Positions 51,906-63,038 of a stretch of 64,000 nucleotides of DNA are shown in pieces. Each line of letters opens with the position of its first letter. The stretch's first letter is position 1. The stretch is taken from the NCBI GenBank assembly GCA_031423255.1, contig JANPFD010000042.1, positions 24,356-88,355 of the forward strand. The letters run 5' to 3'. Both the position numbers and the translations under genes were made by a program. The DNA is from Myxococcales bacterium. GTDB lineage: Bacteria; Myxococcota_A; Polyangia; Fen-1088. The notes under the pieces were generated by a model. It did no database searches. It worked only from the letters and a program-made list of their open reading frames with translations, and was not told where the DNA came from.

Positions 51906-54872
51906 CTAGCGGCAGTCGGTGGCGATCTCCGCCACCCCGAACGAGTAGGGCCGCGCCTGCTTGATCACCAGCCGGCGCTGGTCCCCGACGAACTTGAACT
52001 CGACCTCCATGGTGAACCAGCGGTTCTTGTTCATGGGATCGAGGCGCGTCTGGAAGTGATCATGGATCGCCGACAGCGTGCAGGTCAGTCGCTGGATTTC
52101 CTGCAGCGTCAGCACCGGCTGGGTCGTCAGCGAGCTGCGGCTGCGAATCTCCAGCGACGTGTTGTCCCCGGGCGTGAACAGGATCTGATCGCTGTACACG
52201 CCAGCAGCCGGGTTGGTGACACTCGCCTCGCCGGCCTGCGCATTGATGTAGTAGACATCGGCGCGGTTCGGATCGAGCAGGTTGCGGCTGGCGGCCACGC
52301 CGTTGGCGCGCTCGACCTTGGTGAACGCCTCGTGCACCAGAACGCCCATGGCGGCGCTGTCGTGATCGATCAACGCCAGCTCCCGCTCGTCGTAAGCCCG
52401 CATCTCCCACAGGCTCGCCCAGACTGTGTGCAGCCCGTCCTCGATCGTCCGTTCGGGATCGCCGATCGCCGCGCTGACCGAGGCGTACAGACCCGCACCG
52501 GTGAAACCCGGCAGGTCCTCGGTGTTGCTGCTCGATCGCAGCCGGAACCGCTGGGTCCCGAAGCGGGCCCGCGCCGCATCCTCGACCGCCTTCAGCAGAT
52601 CGGGCGCGATCGGGTGCTCGATGATGCTCTGCCTGACCTCGGCCAGCGCTGCGGCGCGCACGCGCGGATCGGCCTGGAACTCGGGCTTCTTCTGCCAGCT
52701 GCGGATCAGCGCGGCGGCGCCGCTCGCCCGCAGGTGGTCCTGCGAATGCACCAGCGGGATGGCGAAGGCTTTCGCGGGTGTCGGGACGGGGCCGGCGCAG
52801 CCGACGGCCGACGACGACACGGCGGTCAGGTCGGCCAACTGCGCCGCCTTGGCACCGACGACCGGCAGATCCGCCAGGCCGCGGCCCTGCAGATCCACCA
52901 GCGCCCTCACCGACGTGTCGAGCCGCGCCGAGACGCGCGGCCCCTTCGGGCGGCGCTCGTCCCAGAAGGCATTCGCCTCTGTCGCTTCAGCCTCGCGCAC
53001 CTCGAAACCGCTCGGAGTCACCTCCAGGCGCACCAGCTTGTCGAAGTACGGTGCCAGCCGCGGATGCTTGCGCGCCTCCACCAGCCCCATGTTCGGAGTC
53101 CCCCGGTTGCGCGCCAGGATCCCGACGTGCGACAGCGGTGTCTGGAACGCCTCGGTCACCAGGCCAGCGACGGGCGGGATGTCGTTCGGCACGTCGTCGG
53201 TGACCATGATGACGCCGATTCCGAGCGGCGCCGTGGCGATGTCACGGCCGGCGACGAAGCGGAGGATCCCGTAGGTGACGCCAGCGTTCAGCGGCTGGTA
53301 GGTCTGGCCGCGGAAGGGCGCGTTCGGGTCCACGATGGGCAAGCGTCCCTCGACGGTGCGCACCGCCTTCACCTGGTCCGCGCCCTGCGGCCGCACCGCC
53401 CAGGTCGTCGGATCCTCGACCTTGGCCATCACCGCGAAGAACGCCCGGCTCATCAGGGCTCCGGTGATGGTGTCCCCTGCTGCGAACTCGACGGTCTTGA
53501 GGCCGCTGCCGCCGCGGCTGACCAGCGTGCCGAGCAGGAAGCGCCGCCCTTCGACCTTGAAGTACTCGCGCTCGGAGAACTCGTACCAGCCCGTGTTGAA
53601 CACCGCGGCCTCCGTCGGATCGCAACGATCGAGGTGCGGCTGCTGGTAGACGTTCTCGCGGACCCAGCCGTAATGCAGGGCCCAGGCCTTCGACGACAGC
53701 AGATGGACCACGTCGCCAGCCTGCATGTCGATGATGAACTTCACGGGCTCCTCGTCCAGAGTGCCGCCGCCCTCTGCCAGGGCGCGGGCATCGCGGGTGG
53801 CGGCCAGCTGCCGCAGGCGATCGCCCACAGGACGCTCGGCAAGCACCGTGCAGGCCGGATTCGTCACTCCGGGCGAGGCGTTGGTGCAGAACCGCGCCGT
53901 GGCGCCGCGTTCCAGATCGCGCGCCAGAACCGCGCCGTCGGGCCAGCGCATGAAATCCAGCCGATCGAGGGTCGCGCCGTCGCTGCGGCGAACGATGGTC
54001 ATCACCCCCTCGGCCTCGGCGCCTGCGACGTCGCCCGGCGCGACGGGCACCTGCATCACCTCACCCGGCGACAGGCGAGCGCGCGGCCAGGCGATCTCGC
54101 GCCCATCCGTCACGCCCGGCCAGGGAGCGCCGGGCGCGTGCGGGGCGATGCGCAGGCCGAAGTCGGCGAGCGCCACCTCCTGGGTCGAGGTGTTGGCCAC
54201 CTCGACGAAACGCGCAGGCCGCAGCGCCGCTTCGCTGATCGCCAGCGGCTGCGCCACCGGCGGCCAGACCTTCGGCCAGGCGTACGACTTGAAATCCAGC
54301 TCCTTGGGCAGCTCCGGCGGCGGCGTGGGTCCACAGCGCATGCCGTTCGGCTTGCCGGGCGTGGCGTAGCGGCACTTCTCGAACGCCTCGCCGATCCGCA
54401 CGTAGACCTCGTTGGTCGCCAGGGCCGGGAAGGTGACCTCGTCGACCGTGGTCCCACGCGCGTCCGCCAGCGTGACCGTCTCGCCGCGCGCCGACAGCTT
54501 GAACCGAAGGTGCCGCCCGCCCTGCTCGGGTTCGTCGTCGGCCCAAAAGACGACGGACTGTCCCGGGCCCAGTTTTCCCTGGGGCAACGCCTGCGGCTTG
54601 CCGCTGCCGCCCTTCAGGGAGAACCGCGACAGCTCGATCGATGCGTCGCCGCCGTTCGACAGCTCGATCCAGTCCTCGGTCTGACCGAGCTCGTCAATCA
54701 GGAATCCGTCGTCGTCCGCGCACAGTTCGGTGATTCTGAGACCCGCGGGTGTCCCGATCGCGCCATCGGTGCCATGGTGGCCACCATTTTCCGAGCAGGC
54801 GCAGGCCCCCAGCAGGCCGCAAACGACGAGCGCTCTTCGCATCCGGCCCGGTGAACGCAAGTGCCGTGCCAC
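51906..54872 (-). CDS. Predicted lipoprotein with two lamin-tail domains followed by a PEP-utilising-enzyme mobile His domain and a PPDK-type ATP-binding domain (permuted order), 988 aa
   Basis: Lipobox ...VVCGLLGAC. Lamin-tail-like segments (LRITELCADDDGFLIDELGQTEDWIELSNGGDASIELSRFSL; ARFVEVANTSTQEVALADFGL). PEP-utiliser swivel domain with a conserved His (VTEAFQTPLSHVGILARNRGTPNMGLV). PPDK_N/ATP-grasp-like domain (GAKAAQLADL..., RLRSSSNTEDLPGFTGAGLY, ...VIKQARPY). Confidence 0.5.
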   Translation of the reverse strand: MARHLRSPGRMRRALVVCGLLGACACSENGGHHGTDGAIGTPAGLRITELCADDDGFLIDELGQTEDWIELSNGGDASIELSRFSLKGGSGKPQALPQGKLGPGQSVVFWADDEPEQGGRHLRFKLSARGETVTLADARGTTVDEVTFPALATNEVYVRIGEAFEKCRYATPGKPNGMRCGPTPPPELPKELDFKSYAWPKVWPPVAQPLAISEAALRPARFVEVANTSTQEVALADFGLRIAPHAPGAPWPGVTDGREIAWPRARLSPGEVMQVPVAPGDVAGAEAEGVMTIVRRSDGATLDRLDFMRWPDGAVLARDLERGATARFCTNASPGVTNPACTVLAERPVGDRLRQLAATRDARALAEGGGTLDEEPVKFIIDMQAGDVVHLLSSKAWALHYGWVRENVYQQPHLDRCDPTEAAVFNTGWYEFSEREYFKVEGRRFLLGTLVSRGGSGLKTVEFAAGDTITGALMSRAFFAVMAKVEDPTTWAVRPQGADQVKAVRTVEGRLPIVDPNAPFRGQTYQPLNAGVTYGILRFVAGRDIATAPLGIGVIMVTDDVPNDIPPVAGLVTEAFQTPLSHVGILARNRGTPNMGLVEARKHPRLAPYFDKLVRLEVTPSGFEVREAEATEANAFWDERRPKGPRVSARLDTSVRALVDLQGRGLADLPVVGAKAAQLADLTAVSSSAVGCAGPVPTPAKAFAIPLVHSQDHLRASGAAALIRSWQKKPEFQADPRVRAAALAEVRQSIIEHPIAPDLLKAVEDAARARFGTQRFRLRSSSNTEDLPGFTGAGLYASVSAAIGDPERTIEDGLHTVWASLWEMRAYDERELALIDHDSAAMGVLVHEAFTKVERANGVAASRNLLDPNRADVYYINAQAGEASVTNPAAGVYSDQILFTPGDNTSLEIRSRSSLTTQPVLTLQEIQRLTCTLSAIHDHFQTRLDPMNKNRWFTMEVEFKFVGDQRRLVIKQARPYSFGVAEIATDCR

Positions 54873-54968
54873 GGATCGGGAAGCCCTCGAGGTTCCTCAG
54901 CAGTTCCGGTCGGTTGAGTCGACCGGGTGTCGCGAGCGGGTCCGGGCACCAGTCAGGGGAGTGCGACC

Positions 54969-56642
54969 ATGAAGCAAAACCTGCTGCTCGTAGTGGTGAT
55001 GGGCGCTGGCTGCATCGGAAGCATCGGGGACGGCCAGCCGGGGATCTCCCCCGCCGACGATCCGCCGGCCATTCCCGGTGGTCCGCCAAAGCCCGGCACG
55101 CCCTCGGCCTGCACGCCCGGGGCGCGGCCCAGCGCGGCGGCGCGGGTGGTGCGTCTGACCGAGCGTCAGTACGCGAACACCATCCGCGATCTCACGGGCG
55201 CGCAGGCGAGCGGCGTGGACAACCCGTTCGCCGGCAACTTCACCAGCACCGGACAGATCGTCTCGTTCTCCCCTGTGGCCGCCGCCGCCGCCGGGATGCC
55301 CGAGGCGGTCACCGAGCGCGCGTTCGCCGCCGCCGATCAGGCCGCGGCGCTGTGGGCTGCAGGCCTGAAGAAGAGCCATGCTTGCCTGGCCGGCCCGGAT
55401 TCCGCCTGCTGGACCACGGTCTTCTCGTCGGCCGGAGCGCGCGCTCTGCGCCGTCCCATGGCCGCCGACGAGACGAAGCGCTACGTCGATCTCGTCTCGG
55501 GCATGCAGGCGGGGATCGGCGCCGACCAGGCGCTGGTCAAAGGCCTCACGGCGCTGCTCGCCTCGCCGCATTTTCTGTTTCGTACCGAACTCGGCGACGG
55601 CAAGAGGGACACCAGCGGGCGGACGCGCCTGACCCCGTGGGAGGTGGCCTCGGCGCTGTCGTACACGCTCATCGAACGGTTGCCCGACTCGCCGCTGCAG
55701 ATCGCGGCCGCCCAGGGCAACCTCGTCACCGTCGAGCAGGTACGCACGCAGATTGACCGTCTGCTCGGGACCGGCGCCGTCACCACGGAGGCGGCCGCGC
55801 ACTTCCTCTACGAGTGGCTTCCGTACGATCGCGCGCTGGGCGTCTCGAAGTCACCGACGCTGTATCCCCATTACCTGGCGCCGGCCCTGGTCGAGGAGAC
55901 GAACCTGCTGGCGAGATACGTACTCGGTCTTGGCGACAGGCTGCTGCCGAATCTCTTCACCACCACCAAGTCCTTCGTCCGCAAGACCACCGCGCCGGCC
56001 TACGGCGTTACCAACATCACGGCGACCGCCGCGCAGATGATCGATCTGCCGCCGCGCGAGCGCAGCGGCATCATCACCCAGCCCAGCTTCCTGGCGGCGT
56101 TCTCCGACGACAAGGACAACGAACCGATCAAGCGGGGCCGCTACATCACCGAGAGTCTGCTGTGCGGCCACGTGCCCGATCTGCCGATCGCGAACTTCCC
56201 ACCGGAGCCCGATCTGGGGCCCAACCCGACGCTGCGCCAGAAGCTCGATGGCCATCGGAACCTGGGCGCCGGCTGTCCGGGCTGCCACACGCTGATGGAC
56301 GGGATCGGACTCGGACTCGAGGGCTACGACCACACCGGCCGCGTCCGGACCAAGGACGTCGACGGCAAGCCGGTGAACACCACCGGCGTCCTCGTGGGTG
56401 CGGGGCCGCAGGATGGGCCCTTCGATGGCGCCCTTCAGCTCGGCCGCAAGCTGGTCGACTCGCCGGTCACCACCCAGTGCTTCGTGCGCCAGTCGTTCCG
56501 CTACTGGCTCGCGCGTCCGGAGACCGAGCGCGACGACTGCACGCTGGTGGCCGCGCTCTCGGAGTTCGAGAAGGGGCGGGGCAACCTGCGGCCGCTGCTC
56601 GTGGCGTTGCTCGGGTCCGACAGTTTCCTGTACCGCAACTGA
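54969..56642 (+). CDS. Lipoprotein of the DUF1592/DUF1588/DUF1585 class with a CxxCH motif (copy 2)
   Basis: Lipobox MKQNLLLVVVMGAGC. CPGCHTLMDGIGLGLEGYD. Paralogue of the gene at 6916. Followed 13 nt later by a DUF1552 gene. Confidence 0.7.
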   Translation: MKQNLLLVVVMGAGCIGSIGDGQPGISPADDPPAIPGGPPKPGTPSACTPGARPSAAARVVRLTERQYANTIRDLTGAQASGVDNPFAGNFTSTGQIVSFSPVAAAAAGMPEAVTERAFAAADQAAALWAAGLKKSHACLAGPDSACWTTVFSSAGARALRRPMAADETKRYVDLVSGMQAGIGADQALVKGLTALLASPHFLFRTELGDGKRDTSGRTRLTPWEVASALSYTLIERLPDSPLQIAAAQGNLVTVEQVRTQIDRLLGTGAVTTEAAAHFLYEWLPYDRALGVSKSPTLYPHYLAPALVEETNLLARYVLGLGDRLLPNLFTTTKSFVRKTTAPAYGVTNITATAAQMIDLPPRERSGIITQPSFLAAFSDDKDNEPIKRGRYITESLLCGHVPDLPIANFPPEPDLGPNPTLRQKLDGHRNLGAGCPGCHTLMDGIGLGLEGYDHTGRVRTKDVDGKPVNTTGVLVGAGPQDGPFDGALQLGRKLVDSPVTTQCFVRQSFRYWLARPETERDDCTLVAALSEFEKGRGNLRPLLVALLGSDSFLYRN

Positions 56643-56655
56643 CAAGGAGAACCCG

Positions 56656-58146
56656 ATGCTGCACCGACGGAGCTTCCTCGAGCGCCTCTCGTTGAGCGCG
56701 GGCGCGTTCTTCTTGACGTCGATCGTCAACGGCGTGTTGTCGGAGGCGCGCGGAGCGACGGCAGCCCGCAAACGCCTCTTGCTGGTGCTGTCCGGAAACG
56801 GCTGGTCCAACGTCGGTGGCGACGGCGGCAAGCAGTGGGTCCAGGGGATGTTCCAGTGCACCGGTTTCGTCCCGCCCGAGCTGCGCGAGCTGACGTTGAA
56901 GAACCGCGGCATCGACACCGGCGCCTTCTTCTCGTCGGCGGCGAACGAATTCACCCTGTCGCCGTCGATGCAGGCCCTGATGCCGTTCAAGAACCAGATG
57001 CTGCTGGTGGACGGCCTCACCAACCGGCAGTGGACCGCGCCGGGTGCGCTGGCCTCGGGCCACGGCCAGGGTTTCGCGACCCTCGCGTGCGTGCCGAACA
57101 GCGGCAATGCGTCTCACGATGGGCACGGCACGCCCGGAGGCATCACCTTCGACCAGTACCTGGCCGGCACGATGGGCAAGGACAGCCTCTACCGTTCGGT
57201 CAACCTGGCGACGGTCAACGACCCGAACGTCAAGCTCGCCTCGGTGGCGTGCGCAGCCGGTGCCGGGCGCCCGGTCCAGTCCTACTGCTCGCCCAGGGAG
57301 GCGTTCACGCGGCTCTTCACCGGGCTGCAAACGGGGACGCCCGATCCCAGGGTGGACGCGCTCTTCGCGGCGAAGAAGAGCGTGCTGGACTTCGTCGCCG
57401 CCGACGTCCAGCGACTTCAGAGCGTCCTGGTTGGCGAGGAGCGCCGCAAGCTCGACGAGCACCTGACGTCGATCCGCTCGCTCGAGAAGCGGCTCGGCCA
57501 GAAAGTCGACATCAGCGCCGCCTGCCAGCCGGGCACGGCGCCGATGGCCGATTCACCGGCGCTGGAGGATCGCCAGCAGGCGCACATGGACATCGCCACC
57601 ACCGCGTTGCTGTGCGGGATCACCCAGGTGGCCGTGGTGCTGAACGCCGTCGGTCCGGACATCGCCTGGGGCGCCAGGTACACCCGGACTGCGGGGCAGC
57701 CCGTCACCACCCACACCATCGCGCACAACGAGGTGGCGGACTCCGTCGGCATCGTCCATCGCATCAACAACTTTCACGCCGGCCTCGTGGCGAAGGCCGC
57801 CAGCCGCATGGCCGCCGTCCGCGAGGGCGACCGCTCCGTCCTCGACAACAGCGCCGTCGTCTGGATGAACGAGTCCGGCGCCGATCACCACTGCACCTAC
57901 TCGCGCTACCCGCTGGTGGTGCTGGGGAACGCCGGCGGCGCGCTGAAGACGGACGGGCGTTACCTGCGGTATCCGATGCACCTCACGATGGACAACCCGA
58001 CGCGCGAGGTGATCCCGGCCGGCGTGCGCTCGCTGCCCGACTTCTTCTGCACGCTGGGCCACGCGCTGGGCGCCCCGATCGACGACTTCGGCAAGGCCGG
58101 CCGCGCACCCGTCAAGGGCCCGCTCGGCAGCGAGATCCTCGTCTAG
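56656..58146 (+). CDS. DUF1552 family protein, Tat-exported (copy 3)
   Basis: AGGAGAA ribosome-binding site. Tat signal MLHRRSFLERLSLSAGAFFL. Paralogue of the genes at 3418 and 8574. Confidence 0.75.
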   Translation: MLHRRSFLERLSLSAGAFFLTSIVNGVLSEARGATAARKRLLLVLSGNGWSNVGGDGGKQWVQGMFQCTGFVPPELRELTLKNRGIDTGAFFSSAANEFTLSPSMQALMPFKNQMLLVDGLTNRQWTAPGALASGHGQGFATLACVPNSGNASHDGHGTPGGITFDQYLAGTMGKDSLYRSVNLATVNDPNVKLASVACAAGAGRPVQSYCSPREAFTRLFTGLQTGTPDPRVDALFAAKKSVLDFVAADVQRLQSVLVGEERRKLDEHLTSIRSLEKRLGQKVDISAACQPGTAPMADSPALEDRQQAHMDIATTALLCGITQVAVVLNAVGPDIAWGARYTRTAGQPVTTHTIAHNEVADSVGIVHRINNFHAGLVAKAASRMAAVREGDRSVLDNSAVVWMNESGADHHCTYSRYPLVVLGNAGGALKTDGRYLRYPMHLTMDNPTREVIPAGVRSLPDFFCTLGHALGAPIDDFGKAGRAPVKGPLGSEILV

Positions 58147-59567
58147 CCTTCGGACGAAGGCGGGGTCTCGGGCGCCGGGACCGCGGCCGCCTGGGCCTGC
58201 GCGTCGAACTGCTCGCGCAGCGCCTCCTTGGCGGCCTTGCGCGCGGCCTCGGTCGCGTCGCGCTTGCAGGCCCCACACAACGAAGGCGCCGCCCAGTTCC
58301 CCAGGTGGGTCTGCAGCATGCTCTCCGGCGGCCAGTAGATCGGCGTCGCGCACTGGCTGCAGGGGATCTCCTGCGTCTTCTTGTCCTGCAGAAATTCTGC
58401 GCACGCCGAGCACCGGCGCTCGGGCGGCTTCGGCTCACGTCGCCGCTTGCCGCGCTTCTCCTTCTTCTCCTCCTTCGCCTCGGGGGCCGCGGCCTCGGCA
58501 GGAACGGTCTCGGTGCCCTCGGCAGCCGGAGGAGCCGCCTCCGCAGCCGGCTCGTCCTGAATCTGAGGACGAACGCCTGCAGCGAGCTGCTGCTCCTTGC
58601 TCCAGGTCCAGGTGCCGTCGCAGCCGTCGGTCCTGCAGGTGATCTCGCGATCCTGGAGATCCCCCAGATCCTTCTCGTGCTCGGGGCAGTAGCGCGGGTA
58701 GGGATCGCCCGTCTTGCCACGCACGGCGCGCGCCAGCTGGGCGCCGCGCTTGTCCAGCCACGTGCCTTTGCAGCCGCTCTTGCGGCAAGGCCGCTCGACG
58801 TCCTTGGCGTTCTGGAAGACGCCGAAGCAGCTTTCGCACATCCGCTGCGGCGCCTTCGGGGCCGGCTTGCCAGCGACGCAGGCGTCCAGCTGATCGAAGC
58901 GCGACCAGGTCCAGGTCTTCTTGCAGCCGCTGGTCCGGCAACGCACCTCGCGGTCCAGCAGCTTGCCGAACTCGGTCCGGCACTCGTCACACATCCGGCG
59001 CGGCGGCTCGTTCGGCTTGCCGGCCGTGAACGCCTGCACCTGTTCCTCGACCTTCCAGGTCCATTTGCGCTTGCAGTTGGCGATGCCGCAGCTGACCTGG
59101 CGGTCCTTGATCCGCGGCAGCACGTCCGCGCACGGGACGCACAGCGCATCGCCCGTGCCGCCCATCAGCTGAGCCCGGGGCGTCAACGTGGCCGTCCGCG
59201 TGCAGCCGGCCGCCGTACAAGGCACCTCCTGCTCGGTCAGCCCGGCCAGTCTGGTCTCGCATTCGGCGCACAGCCCCCTGGGCGCGGGGCGCTTGGTGGC
59301 GAACGCTTCCAGCTGCTTGTCGGCGCTCCACGGCCAGGTGCCGGTGCAGCCTTCGCGTTCGCAGCGGCGGTCCTGGTCCTTCAGCTCCTTGGCCTTGGTC
59401 CGGCAGGGCTCGCACATGCTGGCCGTCGGGTCGTTCGCGTCGGGCGCGTTGCCCAGCGCCAGGACCTTGCTCCCCAGTTGCATCCAGGTGCGGGTGCAGC
59501 CCTTCACGCGGCATGGGACCGTCTTGGCCCCCAGCCGATCCGCAAGCGTGAACCCTCCGAGCGACAT
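58143..59567 (-). CDS. Protein of about 8 tandem zinc-ribbon-like Cys repeats (C-x2-GC-x-x-x-W-x-W ... QL ... P-x-x-C-x-x-C), probably cytoplasmic
   Basis: Repeats such as CRVKGCTRTWMQ...CEPC; CEREGCTGTWPWSADKQL...CAEC; CRTSGCKKTWTWSRFDQL...CESC; CRTDGCDGTWTWSKEQQL. Then an Ala/Pro/Glu-rich linker and a Lys-rich segment. No signal peptide. Confidence 0.5.
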   Translation of the reverse strand: MSLGGFTLADRLGAKTVPCRVKGCTRTWMQLGSKVLALGNAPDANDPTASMCEPCRTKAKELKDQDRRCEREGCTGTWPWSADKQLEAFATKRPAPRGLCAECETRLAGLTEQEVPCTAAGCTRTATLTPRAQLMGGTGDALCVPCADVLPRIKDRQVSCGIANCKRKWTWKVEEQVQAFTAGKPNEPPRRMCDECRTEFGKLLDREVRCRTSGCKKTWTWSRFDQLDACVAGKPAPKAPQRMCESCFGVFQNAKDVERPCRKSGCKGTWLDKRGAQLARAVRGKTGDPYPRYCPEHEKDLGDLQDREITCRTDGCDGTWTWSKEQQLAAGVRPQIQDEPAAEAAPPAAEGTETVPAEAAAPEAKEEKKEKRGKRRREPKPPERRCSACAEFLQDKKTQEIPCSQCATPIYWPPESMLQTHLGNWAAPSLCGACKRDATEAARKAAKEALREQFDAQAQAAAVPAPETPPSSEG

Positions 59568-59686
59568 GGAAAGCGGCTACTGTGTACGACATAACCGGGC
59601 CTGCGCAAGTCAAACGCACATGTGGCACCGCGCCGCATTAATGGTTGACGCTACCCCTCTCTCTCTCCATCCTTTGTCGCCCCGAT

Positions 59687-61108
59687 ATGCAGATCACCAT
59701 CGAAGACATCTCGCCCGTGGAGAAGCGGGTGGAGTTCGAGGTCCCCTGGAGGGACGTCGCTCCGAAGCTCGAGAAGGCCTACGATCAGCTCCGCCGCGAG
59801 GTCCGTCTCAAGGGTTTCCGTCCCGGCAAGGTGCCGCGGACGCTCATCGAGAAGCTGTACAAGCCGCAGGTCGAGAACGACGTCGCCCGCGAGCTGGTCG
59901 AGATCTCCATCGGTCAGGCGATCCAGGAAAACCAGCTGCAGCCGGTGGCGCCGCCCACCGTCGACAAGCTGGAGCTGAAGTCGGGTGAGCCGTTCAAGTT
60001 CACGGCTCGGGTGGAAGTCCGTTCGCAGGTCCAGCCCAAGGACTACACCGGCGTCCCGCTCAAGCGTCGCGCCCCCAAGGTCAACGACGAGGAGATCACC
60101 CAGGCGCTCGAGGGCTACCGCAAGCAACTGACGGAGTACAAGCCGGTCGAGGGCCGCGACAAGACCTCGGACAGCGACGTGCTGGTGGTCGAGGTGCATG
60201 GCCGCGTCGGCGAGCACAAGGTGAAGAAGAACACCGTCATGGTCGATCTCGCCGACGAGAACGCGGGCGGCCTGCCTGGGTTGGCCCCGCGCCTGCGTGA
60301 CGTACCCATTGCTTCAGACCACCTGGAGGTGAAGTACAAGATCGCCGACGACACGCCCATCAAGAGCCTGGCCGGCAAGGACGTCACCCTGCACGTCGCC
60401 ATCAAGGAAGCGCGCGAGCGCAAGCAGCCGGCCATCGACGACGAGATGGCCAAGGACACCGGCGAGGCCGACACGCTGGCCGACCTGAAGAAGAAGATCG
60501 AGGAGCGTCTGGTCGAGCAGGACAAGCAGCGGATCAAGCGCGAACTCATCCAGCAGCTGGTCAAGGAGATCGTCAAGCGCAACCCGTTCCCGATCGCTCC
60601 GGCGCTGGTCGAACGCCACAGCGAGGCGATCGTCCAGCGGGCACAGGCCCAATTGATGATGGCCGGCATCGACCTGGAAGCGGGCGGTTTCGACCCCGAC
60701 AAGATGAAGGGCGAGTTCAAGGCCGAGGCCGAGGACGAGGCCCGGGCCACCATCCTGGTGCAGGCCATCGCCGAGCGTGAAGGGATCGAGATCACGGACG
60801 CCGACGTGCAGAAGCGGATCGCCGAGCTGGCCGCCGCCCGCCAGGAGAACATGAAGAAGCTCCGGGGCGAGCTGGAGCGCACAGGCCGGATTCACGGGCT
60901 CCGCGCCCAGCTCGTCGAGGAGAAGACGCTTGATAAGCTTCTCGGCGAAGCTAAGATCGCCGACGAAGATCCGGACCGTTTGATCGTATCGCCCGAAGAG
61001 GCGGCCGATCAGGGGCTGCAACGTCTGATTGTCAGCCCCGACGAGGCCAGGGCGGAAGCGGAATTAGCCGAGCAGCAGAAGCCGACGCGCAAGAGGAAGG
61101 CACCATGA
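59687..61108 (+). CDS. tig: Trigger factor
   Basis: [19 protein letters not shown]..., the ribosome-binding motif GFRPGKVP, a PPIase-like middle and a C-terminal arm. First gene of the tig-clpP-clpX-lon order. Confidence 0.9.
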   Translation: MQITIEDISPVEKRVEFEVPWRDVAPKLEKAYDQLRREVRLKGFRPGKVPRTLIEKLYKPQVENDVARELVEISIGQAIQENQLQPVAPPTVDKLELKSGEPFKFTARVEVRSQVQPKDYTGVPLKRRAPKVNDEEITQALEGYRKQLTEYKPVEGRDKTSDSDVLVVEVHGRVGEHKVKKNTVMVDLADENAGGLPGLAPRLRDVPIASDHLEVKYKIADDTPIKSLAGKDVTLHVAIKEARERKQPAIDDEMAKDTGEADTLADLKKKIEERLVEQDKQRIKRELIQQLVKEIVKRNPFPIAPALVERHSEAIVQRAQAQLMMAGIDLEAGGFDPDKMKGEFKAEAEDEARATILVQAIAEREGIEITDADVQKRIAELAAARQENMKKLRGELERTGRIHGLRAQLVEEKTLDKLLGEAKIADEDPDRLIVSPEEAADQGLQRLIVSPDEARAEAELAEQQKPTRKRKAP

Positions 61109-61719
61109 GCGACATCCGGAACTTCATCATCCCCACCGTCATCGAGCAGACCCACCGGGGCGAGCGCGGCTGGGACATCTTCTCCCGCCTGCTCAAGGAC
61201 CGGATCATCTTCCTCGGCAGCGTCGTCAACGACGAGGTGGCGAACATCATCATCGCCCAGCTCCTCTTCCTCGAGAGCGAGGATCCGGACAAGGACGTCA
61301 TGCTGTACATCAACTCGCCGGGCGGCCTTGTGACGGCGGGCATGGCGATCTACGACACCATGCAGTACGTGCGTCCCGACGTCGCCACCTTCTGCATGGG
61401 TCAGGCGGCCTCGATGGGTGCTTTCCTCCTGGCGGCCGGGGCCAAGGGCAAGCGCTACTCGCTGCCGCACGCCCGCATCCTGATTCACCAGCCGCTGGGC
61501 GGCTTCCAGGGCCAGGCGACGGACATCGACATCCACGCCAAGGAGATCCTGCGCACGCGCGACAAGCTGAACGAGCTGCTCGTCAAGCACACCGGCAAGC
61601 CGCTCGACCGGATCAAGAACGACACGGAGCGCGACTATTTCATGAGCGCGATGGAGTCGAAGGAGTACGGACTCATCGACGAGGTGATCGCGAACAAGCC
61701 GTCGAGCATCGGCAAGTAG
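61105..61719 (+). CDS. clpP: ATP-dependent Clp protease proteolytic subunit
   Basis: [18 protein letters not shown]..., [16 protein letters not shown] (active-site Ser), ...ILIHQPLGG (His). Start overlaps the tig stop. Confidence 0.95.
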   Translation: MSDIRNFIIPTVIEQTHRGERGWDIFSRLLKDRIIFLGSVVNDEVANIIIAQLLFLESEDPDKDVMLYINSPGGLVTAGMAIYDTMQYVRPDVATFCMGQAASMGAFLLAAGAKGKRYSLPHARILIHQPLGGFQGQATDIDIHAKEILRTRDKLNELLVKHTGKPLDRIKNDTERDYFMSAMESKEYGLIDEVIANKPSSIGK

Positions 61720-61763
61720 CCCCCCCCGGTACCGCGAGGGGGTACCACGTGCTACCTTCTTAG

Positions 61764-63038
<1,275 letters not shown>

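Noticed and set aside
59568-59686. AT-richer intergenic region upstream of tig, checked for tRNA or ncRNA
   Set aside because: No cloverleaf-compatible structure or conserved tRNA boxes. Most simply the tig promoter and leader.
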